Assembly (NCBI GenBank): GCA_021399395.1
Contig: JAAFKJ010000023.1
Span: forward strand, 1-33,493
Direction: 5' to 3'
Source: Candidatus Heimdallarchaeota archaeon
Lineage (GTDB): Archaea > Asgardarchaeota > Heimdallarchaeia > Heimdallarchaeales > Heimdallarchaeaceae
Length of the DNA stretch: 33,493 nucleotides
Made by a program: the position numbers and the translations under genes. The first letter of the stretch is position 1. Each line of letters opens with the position of its first letter. Under the pieces are notes generated by a model that saw nothing but the letters and a program-made list of their open reading frames with translations, made no database searches and was not told where the DNA came from. Positions 9,803 through 19,248 of the stretch are shown piece after piece.

Positions 9803-9911
9803 GAATTTGTTAAAAAAATATGATTACTATAAAAATTTGCAAAAAATCCCAAAGACTATGTTTATAAAAGCATATATGAAGTGAGTTTTGCTTAGAGTAT
9901 AAATACTCACT

Positions 9912-11588
9912 GTGATAATTATGTCTACAAAGATAACCAATAGGACACCCATTCAGATTCAAGCTAGAATCATTTGGATAGGTTGTATAGTCTTTATATT
10001 GATGGGATTACTAAATATTTTGTTCCGTTTTACACCAATGGTTCCAACACTCTTTCCAAAACTCATTATTTCAGGGGACTTAGACCGAATAAGATTTGTT
10101 TTTCAAACTATCGGTTATGTACTGTATTCTGTTACATTTGCAAGTTTGATTCCAATGGCAATAGGTATCCGTAATATAACAGACATTTACTTTGTAGATC
10201 ATATAACAAAATCAGGAAAACAAACAGCAACTTGGATTTTTATCTATTCAGCTTCAGTATTATTAGATATGATATCACTTGGATGGCCCATGATATCGGG
10301 TTTTGTTGCTTTAGCATTGATTGTTGGAAGGGTAATGGCTTTTACAAAACTCAACAAAACCTTCGAAAAAATAAAAAGAATTTTTGATATTAAAGTTGGT
10401 AGTTTCTTCTATCTGCTTTTCGCTTATTATGCAATAATTACTATGGTTCTAGGAGCTGTTGCAAACTATGTTCGAGACGTAGAATTTGAAGTATTTCTAG
10501 CAATTTTCAATGGTGCTATAGAGTCAGTTCTGATGATAATTGTAGGCGCGGTTCTAATATATGATGTATTCCAAATAAAGAAATTCATTGAAGATAGCGA
10601 TATTCAACCGTATTCAAGTAAGAAAGCATATCTTTCAGTAGACAGAACTGATAAACCTGTTCTTTCAACTACTAAAGCTCATGTTCAATCAACAACCCAG
10701 ATTGAGAAGTTACAAGAAAGCTCAGCTAAACAAGAGATGAGAATACAAAAATTGCGTGCAAAAGAAAAAGCTAAGAAAGAAGCACAAGGAAAAACTATTG
10801 AAAAGAAGACAATGCAGATTTCTTATATCACATGTCATCAATGTAATGAGAGAACAGATAAAAATCTCTCATATTGTATGAATTGTGGAGAATCACTAAA
10901 AGATGCAATAGCTAGTATGAAGAAGGAAATTTCAGACATTTCAGTCAGAAGAATTTTATCTCCAAAGAAAGAAAAAATACTTCAACAAGTCGCAGCTGCT
11001 GCTTTCCTAACAGCTTTTGTAGTATATGCTTTTGTTGCAGGTGAGGCTGTTCTAAAAACATATGCCTGGATAATTATAGCTTTGTTTGCTACATACTTAT
11101 TTGTGAATTATATTGTTCTTTTCTTCTCTGGTAGAGGATTTGCAGTTACAACAGTTCTGAGTGACATCTCATTTTTGTTCATAATTTTACCTGTTCTTTG
11201 TGCTATATTTTCATATTTCGTAACACTTGCTGTAGTAGCCATGACAGAAGATACACTTATGGAAGATTTTAGATGGATGTTAATTGGGCTAACTATAGCA
11301 CTTTCATTGACGAGTATACTTTCGATGTTGAGCTTCAAGGTTAGACAAACAAACATGAACTTGAAGGAATACATTGCTTACAGACTTGATTTCAAAGCAA
11401 GAACTGCAGAACTAAATAAAGAACAAGAACGAGTAGAAAAGAAGAGAGCTAATTTTGATAGTCTTGATCGAATAGAAGCTAACATGGCTAAACAAAGGCA
11501 AGAAAAAGTTATGAATTACGAGGATTTTGATTATAAACAGAGATTGAAAGATTTGGGAAGTCCATTAACTAACGATGATGAAGACTGA
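9912..11588 (+). CDS. Polytopic membrane protein with internal double zinc ribbon and coiled coils
   Basis: About 6 TM segments, a charged helix, CHQC-x10-CMNC, about 4 TM segments and a charged tail. Likely start ATG 9921; TTTATAAA at 9861-9868. Confidence 0.75.
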   Translation: MIIMSTKITNRTPIQIQARIIWIGCIVFILMGLLNILFRFTPMVPTLFPKLIISGDLDRIRFVFQTIGYVLYSVTFASLIPMAIGIRNITDIYFVDHITKSGKQTATWIFIYSASVLLDMISLGWPMISGFVALALIVGRVMAFTKLNKTFEKIKRIFDIKVGSFFYLLFAYYAIITMVLGAVANYVRDVEFEVFLAIFNGAIESVLMIIVGAVLIYDVFQIKKFIEDSDIQPYSSKKAYLSVDRTDKPVLSTTKAHVQSTTQIEKLQESSAKQEMRIQKLRAKEKAKKEAQGKTIEKKTMQISYITCHQCNERTDKNLSYCMNCGESLKDAIASMKKEISDISVRRILSPKKEKILQQVAAAAFLTAFVVYAFVAGEAVLKTYAWIIIALFATYLFVNYIVLFFSGRGFAVTTVLSDISFLFIILPVLCAIFSYFVTLAVVAMTEDTLMEDFRWMLIGLTIALSLTSILSMLSFKVRQTNMNLKEYIAYRLDFKARTAELNKEQERVEKKRANFDSLDRIEANMAKQRQEKVMNYEDFDYKQRLKDLGSPLTNDDED

Positions 11589-11625
11589 AAATTAATAAGC
11601 AAGTTATCTGATAATCCTCTTCAAT

Positions 11626-12273
11626 ATGAAAATAAGAGTACCGTTAAAAAAAGAACAATTTGCAACCTATTCTCATTTGTTTGGTCTGATTCTTGCATTA
11701 ATAGGTTGTATAGTTTTGATTGTTCTAAGCAGGAATAATGTTGAAAACCTAATTGTAGTCATAATATATTCCATCTGTATGTGTTATATGTTCTCAGCTA
11801 GTACTTTGTATCATGCTTTCAAAGAAGGTGAGAATAAGAAATCCTTCTGGAGGATATTTGATCATATAGCCATATACTTCATGATAGCAGGCTCTTATAC
11901 AGTAATATCTTTTCTTTATGCAGATGGTGTGTTTAGATGGGTAATGATCGCTTTACAATGGACATTCGTATTATTAGGTGCTATTCTGAAAATACTTGCT
12001 CTCAACATACCTAATTGGATCGATGTGGGAATTTATTTAATCATGGGCTGGATGATTGTTGTAAGAATGGATTATATGATTCTGAATTTTGATTTAAGAA
12101 TATTTATCCTAGTTCTTCTCGGGGGTATTTCCTATACTATAGGAGCAGTTTTACACGCGATTAATAAGCCTCTTCCTCTCCCAGGTAGATTTGAATTTCA
12201 TGATATTTTTCACATTCTCATCATCGTAGGTGCAGGTTTACACTATCTAGCAGTATTATATGGGGTCGTGTGA
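11626..12273 (+). CDS. Hemolysin III / PAQR (TrhA-like) membrane protein
   Basis: E-x-F-x3-SH, STLYHAF, DHIAIYFMIAGSYT, YLIMGW, HDIFH...HY; 7 TM segments. Confidence 0.93.
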   Translation: MKIRVPLKKEQFATYSHLFGLILALIGCIVLIVLSRNNVENLIVVIIYSICMCYMFSASTLYHAFKEGENKKSFWRIFDHIAIYFMIAGSYTVISFLYADGVFRWVMIALQWTFVLLGAILKILALNIPNWIDVGIYLIMGWMIVVRMDYMILNFDLRIFILVLLGGISYTIGAVLHAINKPLPLPGRFEFHDIFHILIIVGAGLHYLAVLYGVV

Positions 12274-12331
12274 ATAAAGTATCACAAGAAATATAACCAA
12301 TAGTACTATAATCATAAAACATAGGATTAAT

Positions 12332-13261
12332 TTGAATCTGAAATCAGAAGTCCGACAAAGAGTGGAGTATCAGTGCAATAACTGCAGAAAGATGAGGATA
12401 CTATTTATTGCTCCTGCACTTCAAAGCGCAAAGGTTGATACTCACGGATACACAGAATTTGTAGATGTTCATATCTGTGTAAATGAGGAATTGAGTGCGA
12501 TAAAACTCTTTGTGGATAGTCATTATGATGTGAGAACCCAAGTAACTGTTGAAAGTAAACCAAAAGAAGACGAACCTGTTTTTACAGAGCTTGCTGGGTT
12601 AAATATACCAGTTCCAAAGAAAGCAGAATTCTTGGATCATATCATAGTTCCAACACAAGATTTTGGAGGATATAATCTAACTCACTTATTCATAACAGAT
12701 AAGCTTCGAAGAAGAGATTACATTCTTGAAGGAGAAAAAAAAGGCAAGAAAATTACCACAGCTTCTCCTCTAGGGTTTATTGATATTGAAGGTTATATAG
12801 GCGAAGATATCGAAACTGAGTTCGCAGAAGATTGGCTACTTAACCTAGCTAATTCCATGGAAACTCTAGTATATCTCGATGAAAATCTCCTGTGTTATAT
12901 TGGAGTCTACCTAGATTACATGATAGTTTCCAAACCTCTTGCAAAAGAATTAGTTGAACTTAATCTACTACTTCATGCTACCATGGCTATTCCCCATTCA
13001 ACAGAGGAACACATATCTATTTTCGAAGGACATGTTGAGGAATTGTTTCCTGGATTAAATATAGTTAACTACAGGATATTCAAAGCAATTATGCAAAATT
13101 GTTTGAAAAATGAACAAAAGACTTTGATGAATGTATATGAGGAGATGAAAATAAAGATTACACAACTCCATTCTTTCCCATATTTCTTATCAGTTGTAAG
13201 TCAACTTGTTTCATTTGGATTTGTAAACATTGAAAAACTAGAATTTTATACACTCAACTAG
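12332..13261 (+). CDS. Hypothetical protein with N-terminal CxxC...HxC metal site and possible C-terminal winged helix
   Basis: CNNC, VDVHIC, LFVDSHYDVR; C-terminal FLSVVSQLVSFGFVNI; 309 aa ORF co-oriented with neighbours. Confidence 0.65.
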   Translation: MNLKSEVRQRVEYQCNNCRKMRILFIAPALQSAKVDTHGYTEFVDVHICVNEELSAIKLFVDSHYDVRTQVTVESKPKEDEPVFTELAGLNIPVPKKAEFLDHIIVPTQDFGGYNLTHLFITDKLRRRDYILEGEKKGKKITTASPLGFIDIEGYIGEDIETEFAEDWLLNLANSMETLVYLDENLLCYIGVYLDYMIVSKPLAKELVELNLLLHATMAIPHSTEEHISIFEGHVEELFPGLNIVNYRIFKAIMQNCLKNEQKTLMNVYEEMKIKITQLHSFPYFLSVVSQLVSFGFVNIEKLEFYTLN

Positions 13262-13270
13262 GGAAGATAA

Positions 13271-14569
13271 ATGTCACTTGAATTATATAAGATAGATAGC
13301 AAGAGAATTTTCAATATTGTTAAACATATTTGCAGAAAAATCGGTACTAGAGTTTCAGGTACTGAAAACGAGGAAGAAGTTGCTAAATTCATTTCTAAAC
13401 AGTTTGAAAATATAAGTTCGCAAAAAACTTCACACAAAACTTATCCTCACAAATATTATATTGGAACAGAAGCAACCCTTCATCATAAAGACACAGGAAC
13501 AACAATTTCAGGTTCTCCTATCTGGATGACTAAATCTACACCATTAGATGGAGTGGAAGGCGAAGGAGTTTATTTAGGTTCTATTAACCAGTTAGAGGAA
13601 ATTGCTCTTGATACGATAAAAGATAAAATTGTTTTCATATTCTTCTTGAGAGATTACCTTGAGCCTGAAATTTTTGGTAATTTGAAGAAGCTTTACAAAC
13701 TTAAGCCAAAAGGAGTGGTGCTTCTTAGTAACTATAATTCTGAAGTAACTCGATCGGATCCTATTTTCAAGGACAATTCAATATTTTCTCAAATACCAAC
13801 TATCGTTGTTCCAGCGTCAAAATTCGCGGATTTAGGAGAAATACAATTAGATAGTCAATTCAAACTATCTGTAAAAGGAAAAAACCAAGAAGGATTATTG
13901 CACAATGTTATCTATATGCAAGATGGTGAAATAACTGACACTATTTTGATATATGCTCAGCATGATACAGTTGAAAACTCAACAGGGGCGATATCTAATG
14001 CAACAGGTGTTGCTCTTGTTCTAGAAATAGCTAAAGTCATATCAAAAATAGAAACAAAATTCAGTTATGTCTTTGCAACATTCGGTGGAGAAGAACAAAA
14101 CTTGGAAGGTGCAAAAAATTTCTTAGAAGATTATTTTAGATCAAAAATTGTCCTAAGCATAAATCTAGATTCCATAGAACCCTTTCCAGGATTTGTAGCT
14201 TCAATCGTTGCAGGAAATAAAGAATTGTTTGACATTATTAAGGATACTAGCAATATAAATAATTATCCTGCACTTGCTGTAAACAGTACTCCAAACGAAG
14301 GAGCTAATATGATTTTTGCTCAAGAGGGAATACCATCAATAATGGTACTATTCAAGGGCGCTTTAGCTTCTGGTATTAATAGAACTGAATTAGATAACAT
14401 AAAACTTGTATCTGAAAAATCTTTGAAGGAAACAGGGGAATATGTACTCAGATTAGTACAGAAAATAGAATCTTTGGAAGATCTAAGTTTTGCAGAAGGA
14501 ATCCCACCCAATCTAGAAAAAGAAACAGAAAACTATTTTGACAGATTACAATTTTATTTGGATGAATAG
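13271..14569 (+). CDS. M28 peptidase-family protein with PA domain, probably inactive
   Basis: IGTRVSGTENE, PA insert, FGGEEQNLEGA and INLDS are present, but AQHD, GAISNATG and INRTELD replace the AHxD, GAxDNxSG and YHTxxD metal motifs. Confidence 0.85.
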   Translation: MSLELYKIDSKRIFNIVKHICRKIGTRVSGTENEEEVAKFISKQFENISSQKTSHKTYPHKYYIGTEATLHHKDTGTTISGSPIWMTKSTPLDGVEGEGVYLGSINQLEEIALDTIKDKIVFIFFLRDYLEPEIFGNLKKLYKLKPKGVVLLSNYNSEVTRSDPIFKDNSIFSQIPTIVVPASKFADLGEIQLDSQFKLSVKGKNQEGLLHNVIYMQDGEITDTILIYAQHDTVENSTGAISNATGVALVLEIAKVISKIETKFSYVFATFGGEEQNLEGAKNFLEDYFRSKIVLSINLDSIEPFPGFVASIVAGNKELFDIIKDTSNINNYPALAVNSTPNEGANMIFAQEGIPSIMVLFKGALASGINRTELDNIKLVSEKSLKETGEYVLRLVQKIESLEDLSFAEGIPPNLEKETENYFDRLQFYLDE

Positions 14570-14670
14570 CTTTTTTCTCATTTTTATATAACCAAGTGGA
14601 GATTTTTGTCGAATTTGAGTACCAATCTGAGTATGTGCGGATTGTCAAAGATGCAGTTGATGAGGAAGAC

Positions 14671-15789
14671 TTAGGTATCTATGAGTACTTCTAACATATC
14701 TGCAAATCTATTTAGCCCCTCTTCAAGATATTCTTTCTCAGATCCTATTCCTATTCTTAGATAACTATCCATTCCATAGCAATCCCCAGCTACAAGAAGT
14801 AAGCTCTTCTCTTTCCTCAGTTTCTCTGTTAGGTCAGTAGAATTCATATCTATGTGATATTTTACAAAAGACATTGCACCAGCTTCTTGAGGAACAAATG
14901 TGAAGAGATGCTTTCTAGTATCCATCCAATCTTGAAAGAATTCAAGGTTTTCATTCAATAGTTTTCTGTTTCTGGATAAAATTCTTTCTCTCATTTCGGG
15001 TTGAAGAGCCCATTCAGCAATTTGTTGACTCAGTACACTTGGTGAGATTGTTGTATAATCATGATATGACCAAGCTTTGCTAGCAAATTCTTCTGGACCA
15101 ACAATCCACCCCATTCTCAAACCTGGTAAACTGTATGCTTTAGATAACCCACCAACTGCTATTACTTTTTCATATTTATTATAAACTGTTTCAATCTCGT
15201 TTCCATCTAATTCAGCACCTCTATATACTTCGTCACTGTGAATATAGGCATCCGCGTCCTCAGCTAAGTCGATAATACACTTTACAGCTGAATCGCTCAA
15301 AATTGAACCAGTTGGATTGTTAGGATTGCATATTGAAATCATTTTTGTATTCTTGGTTATGATGCTCTTAAGATCTTCAAGATCAGGTTGCCAGTCTAGT
15401 TCTTCTTTCAAGTAAAACGGTTTGACCTTTGCGCCTAATGATTGAGCCAAACCATATGTTTGCATATAGTTTGGTAACATACAAACAAATTCATCATCTT
15501 TCTCTAACATACTCCACATCGAGATAAAATTGGCTTCAGCTGAACCATTTGTAACAAGAATATTCTCTTGAGTAGAGGTGGGATATAATTTACAAATGGC
15601 TTCTCTTAATCCAATTGAACCATTTGTTTGACCATATCCTATACGAATATTGTTCAGCTGTTTTATTTGATTTGCATCTAGTAATTCTTCGAGAGTAAAT
15701 GGATGAATCCCACTCTCGGTTAGATTATATTCAACAGTATTTTCCCAGAGAGATTGTCGTCTTTCAAGCTCAAATGTATCAATTTTCAT
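14671..15789 (-). CDS. Class I/II PLP-dependent aminotransferase
   Basis: VTNGSAEA, CNPNNPTG, SDEVY, GLSKAYSLPGLRMGW (PLP lysine), YLRIG. Confidence 0.93.
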   Translation of the reverse strand: MKIDTFELERRQSLWENTVEYNLTESGIHPFTLEELLDANQIKQLNNIRIGYGQTNGSIGLREAICKLYPTSTQENILVTNGSAEANFISMWSMLEKDDEFVCMLPNYMQTYGLAQSLGAKVKPFYLKEELDWQPDLEDLKSIITKNTKMISICNPNNPTGSILSDSAVKCIIDLAEDADAYIHSDEVYRGAELDGNEIETVYNKYEKVIAVGGLSKAYSLPGLRMGWIVGPEEFASKAWSYHDYTTISPSVLSQQIAEWALQPEMRERILSRNRKLLNENLEFFQDWMDTRKHLFTFVPQEAGAMSFVKYHIDMNSTDLTEKLRKEKSLLLVAGDCYGMDSYLRIGIGSEKEYLEEGLNRFADMLEVLIDT

Positions 15790-15898
15790 AGATAAATATC
15801 AAATAAATTTCGATTATATAAATCTTCCAAGTAAGAAGAATAAAAATCGTTTTAAGATACAATTATATATTCTCTATATTACATTCAAGTGGTTTAAT

Positions 15899-16849
15899 AT
15901 GGTACGCACCGTACTTCTAGAAAAAATAAAAACAATCTTAGAGACGATAGATGTAATAAAAATCATTGAGGAAGGTTTCATTTCATATTCTAAAGGAAAT
16001 GTTGTTATTCCTCCTGTTGGTGAGATGATCTTTGAGGAAGCACCAGGGGAGTGTCACATCAAATATGGGTTCATTAAAGAAGATGAGTATTTTGTTATCA
16101 AGGTAGCTACTGGGTTCTACAATAATCCCAAAATCAATCTTCCAGCATCAGATGGTTTGATGCTTTTATTCAGTCAGAAAACAGGACAACTATTATGTGT
16201 TTTACTAGATGAAGGACATCTAACTAATGTTCGAACAGCTGCAGCAGGAGCTATAGCTTCTAAGTATATGGCACCTAGAAAGGTACATAGAATAGGAGTT
16301 TTTGGAGCTGGAATCCATGGAAGACTTCAACCCATCTATCTTCAGAAGGTTCTAGATTGTAAGAACATCGTCACTTGGGGTATGAATGAACAAGAGCTGG
16401 AAATCTACAAACGAGATATGGAAAGATTAGGGTTTGAAGTTGAAACAACAATGAATCCCGAAGATATAACTTCAACATGTAATTTGATAGTTACTTGCAC
16501 ACCTTCTAAAACTCCTCTAATTTCAGCTGATTTGATACAAGAAGGAACTCATATTACAGCTATTGGTTCTGATACTCCTGAGAAGCAAGAGTTAGATTCA
16601 GCAATTTTACAAAGAGCGGATAGAGTCATTGTAGATAGCATTGATCAGTGTATGCTAAGAGGAGAGAGTTTCAAAGCTATGCTAGCAGGAATGATGACCA
16701 AGGATAAAATGGTAGAATTAGGTAATATAATTGGAGATGAAAATCTTAGAAGACAATCCGATGAAGAAATTACTGTTGTTGACCTAACAGGAGTTGCTGT
16801 TCAAGATATTCAAATTGCTAAAGCAGTCTGGAATTCTATTAAAGAATAG
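15899..16849 (+). CDS. Ornithine cyclodeaminase / mu-crystallin family protein
   Basis: LTNVRTAAAGA, GAGIHG Rossmann motif, GTHITAIGSD, DLTGVAVQD. Confidence 0.93.
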   Translation: MVRTVLLEKIKTILETIDVIKIIEEGFISYSKGNVVIPPVGEMIFEEAPGECHIKYGFIKEDEYFVIKVATGFYNNPKINLPASDGLMLLFSQKTGQLLCVLLDEGHLTNVRTAAAGAIASKYMAPRKVHRIGVFGAGIHGRLQPIYLQKVLDCKNIVTWGMNEQELEIYKRDMERLGFEVETTMNPEDITSTCNLIVTCTPSKTPLISADLIQEGTHITAIGSDTPEKQELDSAILQRADRVIVDSIDQCMLRGESFKAMLAGMMTKDKMVELGNIIGDENLRRQSDEEITVVDLTGVAVQDIQIAKAVWNSIKE

Positions 16850-16936
16850 GAAGATTCAAACCAGATTTTGATTCTTTTAGTGATTACCTACATAGTTAAT
16901 TTTTATACAAATGATTGTTACATTATTTTGAAGCTC

Positions 16937-17203
16937 ATGATCTCAGATGAAATCTCTTGTCCAAACTGTTTTACAAGTGGAGTAACAATTCTTGAGAAAA
17001 GAGAGAGTAAGCACTTAGATAATGGTATTTATTACAAAATTGTGGAATTAACCCTTGTTTGTAAAGCGGGGTGCTGGCATAATTGGTCGGAGTATTATCG
17101 AGTCGAGCTCAAGAATTTTAATGAAGACGAGAGAATTGTAAAATTACCTCTTTTTAGTGAGAAAATTATAAATCCTGACCAGATAAATTTCAGCAAAGAG
17201 TAG
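16937..17203 (+). CDS. Small zinc-ribbon protein
   Basis: From ATG 16937: CPNC-x30-CKAGCWHNW; 88 aa. The track's TTG start at 16868 is probably too far upstream. Confidence 0.65.
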   Translation: MISDEISCPNCFTSGVTILEKRESKHLDNGIYYKIVELTLVCKAGCWHNWSEYYRVELKNFNEDERIVKLPLFSEKIINPDQINFSKE

Positions 17204-17216
17204 AGAAACTGTGTAG

Positions 17217-17832
17217 TTTTGGGAAGAGAAATTCTTCACCGGAATACCTTATCCATCATCTTGGGGTGCAATGGCATATGACTCTGAATCAGAAACAATA
17301 GTCCAATTTGGAGGAATGCCTCAAAATGATTATTCTTCTAATGAAACATGGATATATGATTATTCTACTAATACTTGGACAAAAGCAGATCCTGCTAATG
17401 TTCCTAGTATGAGATCTAGTAATGTTATGGCCTATGATTCTGAATCAGATATGGTCATTATGCATGTGGAGGATTAACTGCTGAAGATAATCCAGATGGA
17501 GTACAAATCTTTTACAATGACACTTGGGCATATGATACTAATTCAGATACATGGACAAATATGAACCCAGTTACTAAACCTCAAAGAATTGGACACCAAA
17601 TGGCTTATGAGGAGGAGAGTGATTTAGTTATTCTATTTGGAGGATTAGTAGCTTCAAATTTAGATACTTTCTACAATGACATTTTTACTTATGACTTAAC
17701 ACAAATAATTGGACATTAATGCCTTCTAAATTGTGTCCAACTACAGAAGAAAATATGTTTTATCTTTATCCTGCACTTATTTTCTCTAGTATCATAGTAG
17801 TCATTTTTCGAATAAGAAGAAAGAAGAAATAA
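17217..17832 (+). pseudogene. 5'-truncated, doubly frameshifted kelch-repeat surface protein with C-terminal membrane anchor
   Basis: Three MAY(D/E)..S..(V)..GG...N(E/D)..Y.D..N.W repeats continue across frameshifts near 17466 and 17699, ending PTTEENMFYLYPALIFSSIIVVIFRIRRKKK* (TAA 17830-17832). The frame begins after TAG 17214 with no signal peptide. Confidence 0.85.
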
Positions 17833-17841
17833 ACGTTTCTT

Positions 17842-19035
17842 CTATTCTTTTTCTGATTTTATCGCTTTGTAAATCCAGTTCATGCATTCTTCTAAGATGA
17901 TTCTTGGGCAAGCTACATTTATTCTTTCGAAACCTTCCCCTCCTGATCCGAACATTATTCCGCTATCCAAAGCGACTTTAGCTTTAGTGAGCATGAAATC
18001 TTTTCTTTCATCATCCGTCATTCCCAGAGTACTGAAATCTAACCAAGCAAGATATGTTCCTTCAGGTTTAACCATTTCTATATCAGGTAAGTATTCTTCT
18101 AAATATCCTTTCAAGAATCTGAAATTATCCTCAACATAGTCCATGACTTGATCAAGCCATTCATCTCCTTCACTATAAGCAGCAATTGTTGCGACAATAC
18201 TGAAAGCATTTGGAAGGCTTAAGCTATTCTGACCTGAGATAGCATTAGTGAATCTTTCTCTTAGTTTTTCATTAGATATGATAATGCTAGAATTCTTTAG
18301 TCCTGCAATATTGAAAGTCTTACTAGGTGCAGTTCCAATTATTGAAATATCTTTGAATTCTTCTTTGATGTCAGAAAAAATGGTGTGTTTGTAACCTTTC
18401 AAGATTAGATCATGATGGATTTCATCTGATACTACAAGTATATCATTTTCTAAGCATATCTCTCCTAATTTAGTGAGTTCATTCTTTGTCCACACTCTTC
18501 CAACTGGATTGTGAGGTGAACATAAGATGAATATCTTAGTCAATGGATCTTTTGCTTTCTCCTCAAAATCATCGAAGTCAAAAGAGTACTTCTTGTTTTC
18601 GTAGATTAATTGGTTGTTCACTACCTGTCTACCATTGTTCTGTATTATTGAAAAGAACGGATAGTATACAGGTGACTGAACAATTATTTTATCGCCAGGG
18701 ATGGAAAAGGTTCTAAGTATAACATTTATAGCAGGAACAATACCTGGACTGAATACTATCCAATCATTGTCAATTTCCCAATTATGTCTTCGTTTCATCC
18801 AACCAGAAATTGAATCAAAATATTCAGCAGTCTTATGCCAGCTATAACCATAAATTCCTTCATCAGCTTTCTTTTTTACAGCATCTATCACTGGTTGAGG
18901 GCATTTAAAGTCCATATCTGCTACCCATAATGGCAAAACATCAGTAGTTCCAAAAAACTCCTCAAGCAAGCTTTTGTCCCATTTCACTGAATGAGTATTA
19001 GTTCTATCTATCACTTTATCAAAATCGTACTTCAT
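17842..19035 (-). CDS. patB: MalY/PatB family cystathionine beta-lyase (PLP)
   Basis: MKYDFD...SVKWD, LPLWVADMDF, LCSPHNPVGRVW, SDEIHHD, APSKTFNIAGL, PEGTYLAWLD. Start placed at ATG 19035. Confidence 0.9.
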   Translation of the reverse strand: MKYDFDKVIDRTNTHSVKWDKSLLEEFFGTTDVLPLWVADMDFKCPQPVIDAVKKKADEGIYGYSWHKTAEYFDSISGWMKRRHNWEIDNDWIVFSPGIVPAINVILRTFSIPGDKIIVQSPVYYPFFSIIQNNGRQVVNNQLIYENKKYSFDFDDFEEKAKDPLTKIFILCSPHNPVGRVWTKNELTKLGEICLENDILVVSDEIHHDLILKGYKHTIFSDIKEEFKDISIIGTAPSKTFNIAGLKNSSIIISNEKLRERFTNAISGQNSLSLPNAFSIVATIAAYSEGDEWLDQVMDYVEDNFRFLKGYLEEYLPDIEMVKPEGTYLAWLDFSTLGMTDDERKDFMLTKAKVALDSGIMFGSGGEGFERINVACPRIILEECMNWIYKAIKSEKE

Positions 19036-19248
19036 GCACAAACATTTTCTGAACATGAATACTTTCTTTTAAATTTTTAGCAGAAATTGTATCATATTAG
19101 CGTTTATTTCAATTGAATACTAGGTTAAAGCTTTTAATTTGATTTTTTTTCTTCACTATTTCTTAATTTTTGGAAAAATATTTATATTCTACACAACTAA
19201 ATAGTTCTAGTTGCAAGAAGAACGAATCAGACTCTAAATATATTTCTG

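Noticed and set aside
13259-13271. TAG readthrough fusing two in-frame ORFs
   Set aside because: A second stop (TAA 13268-13270) lies in the spacer.
17271-17720. Repeated ATGGC.TATGA units as a CRISPR or DNA repeat array
   Set aside because: They are kelch protein repeats with synonymous variation.
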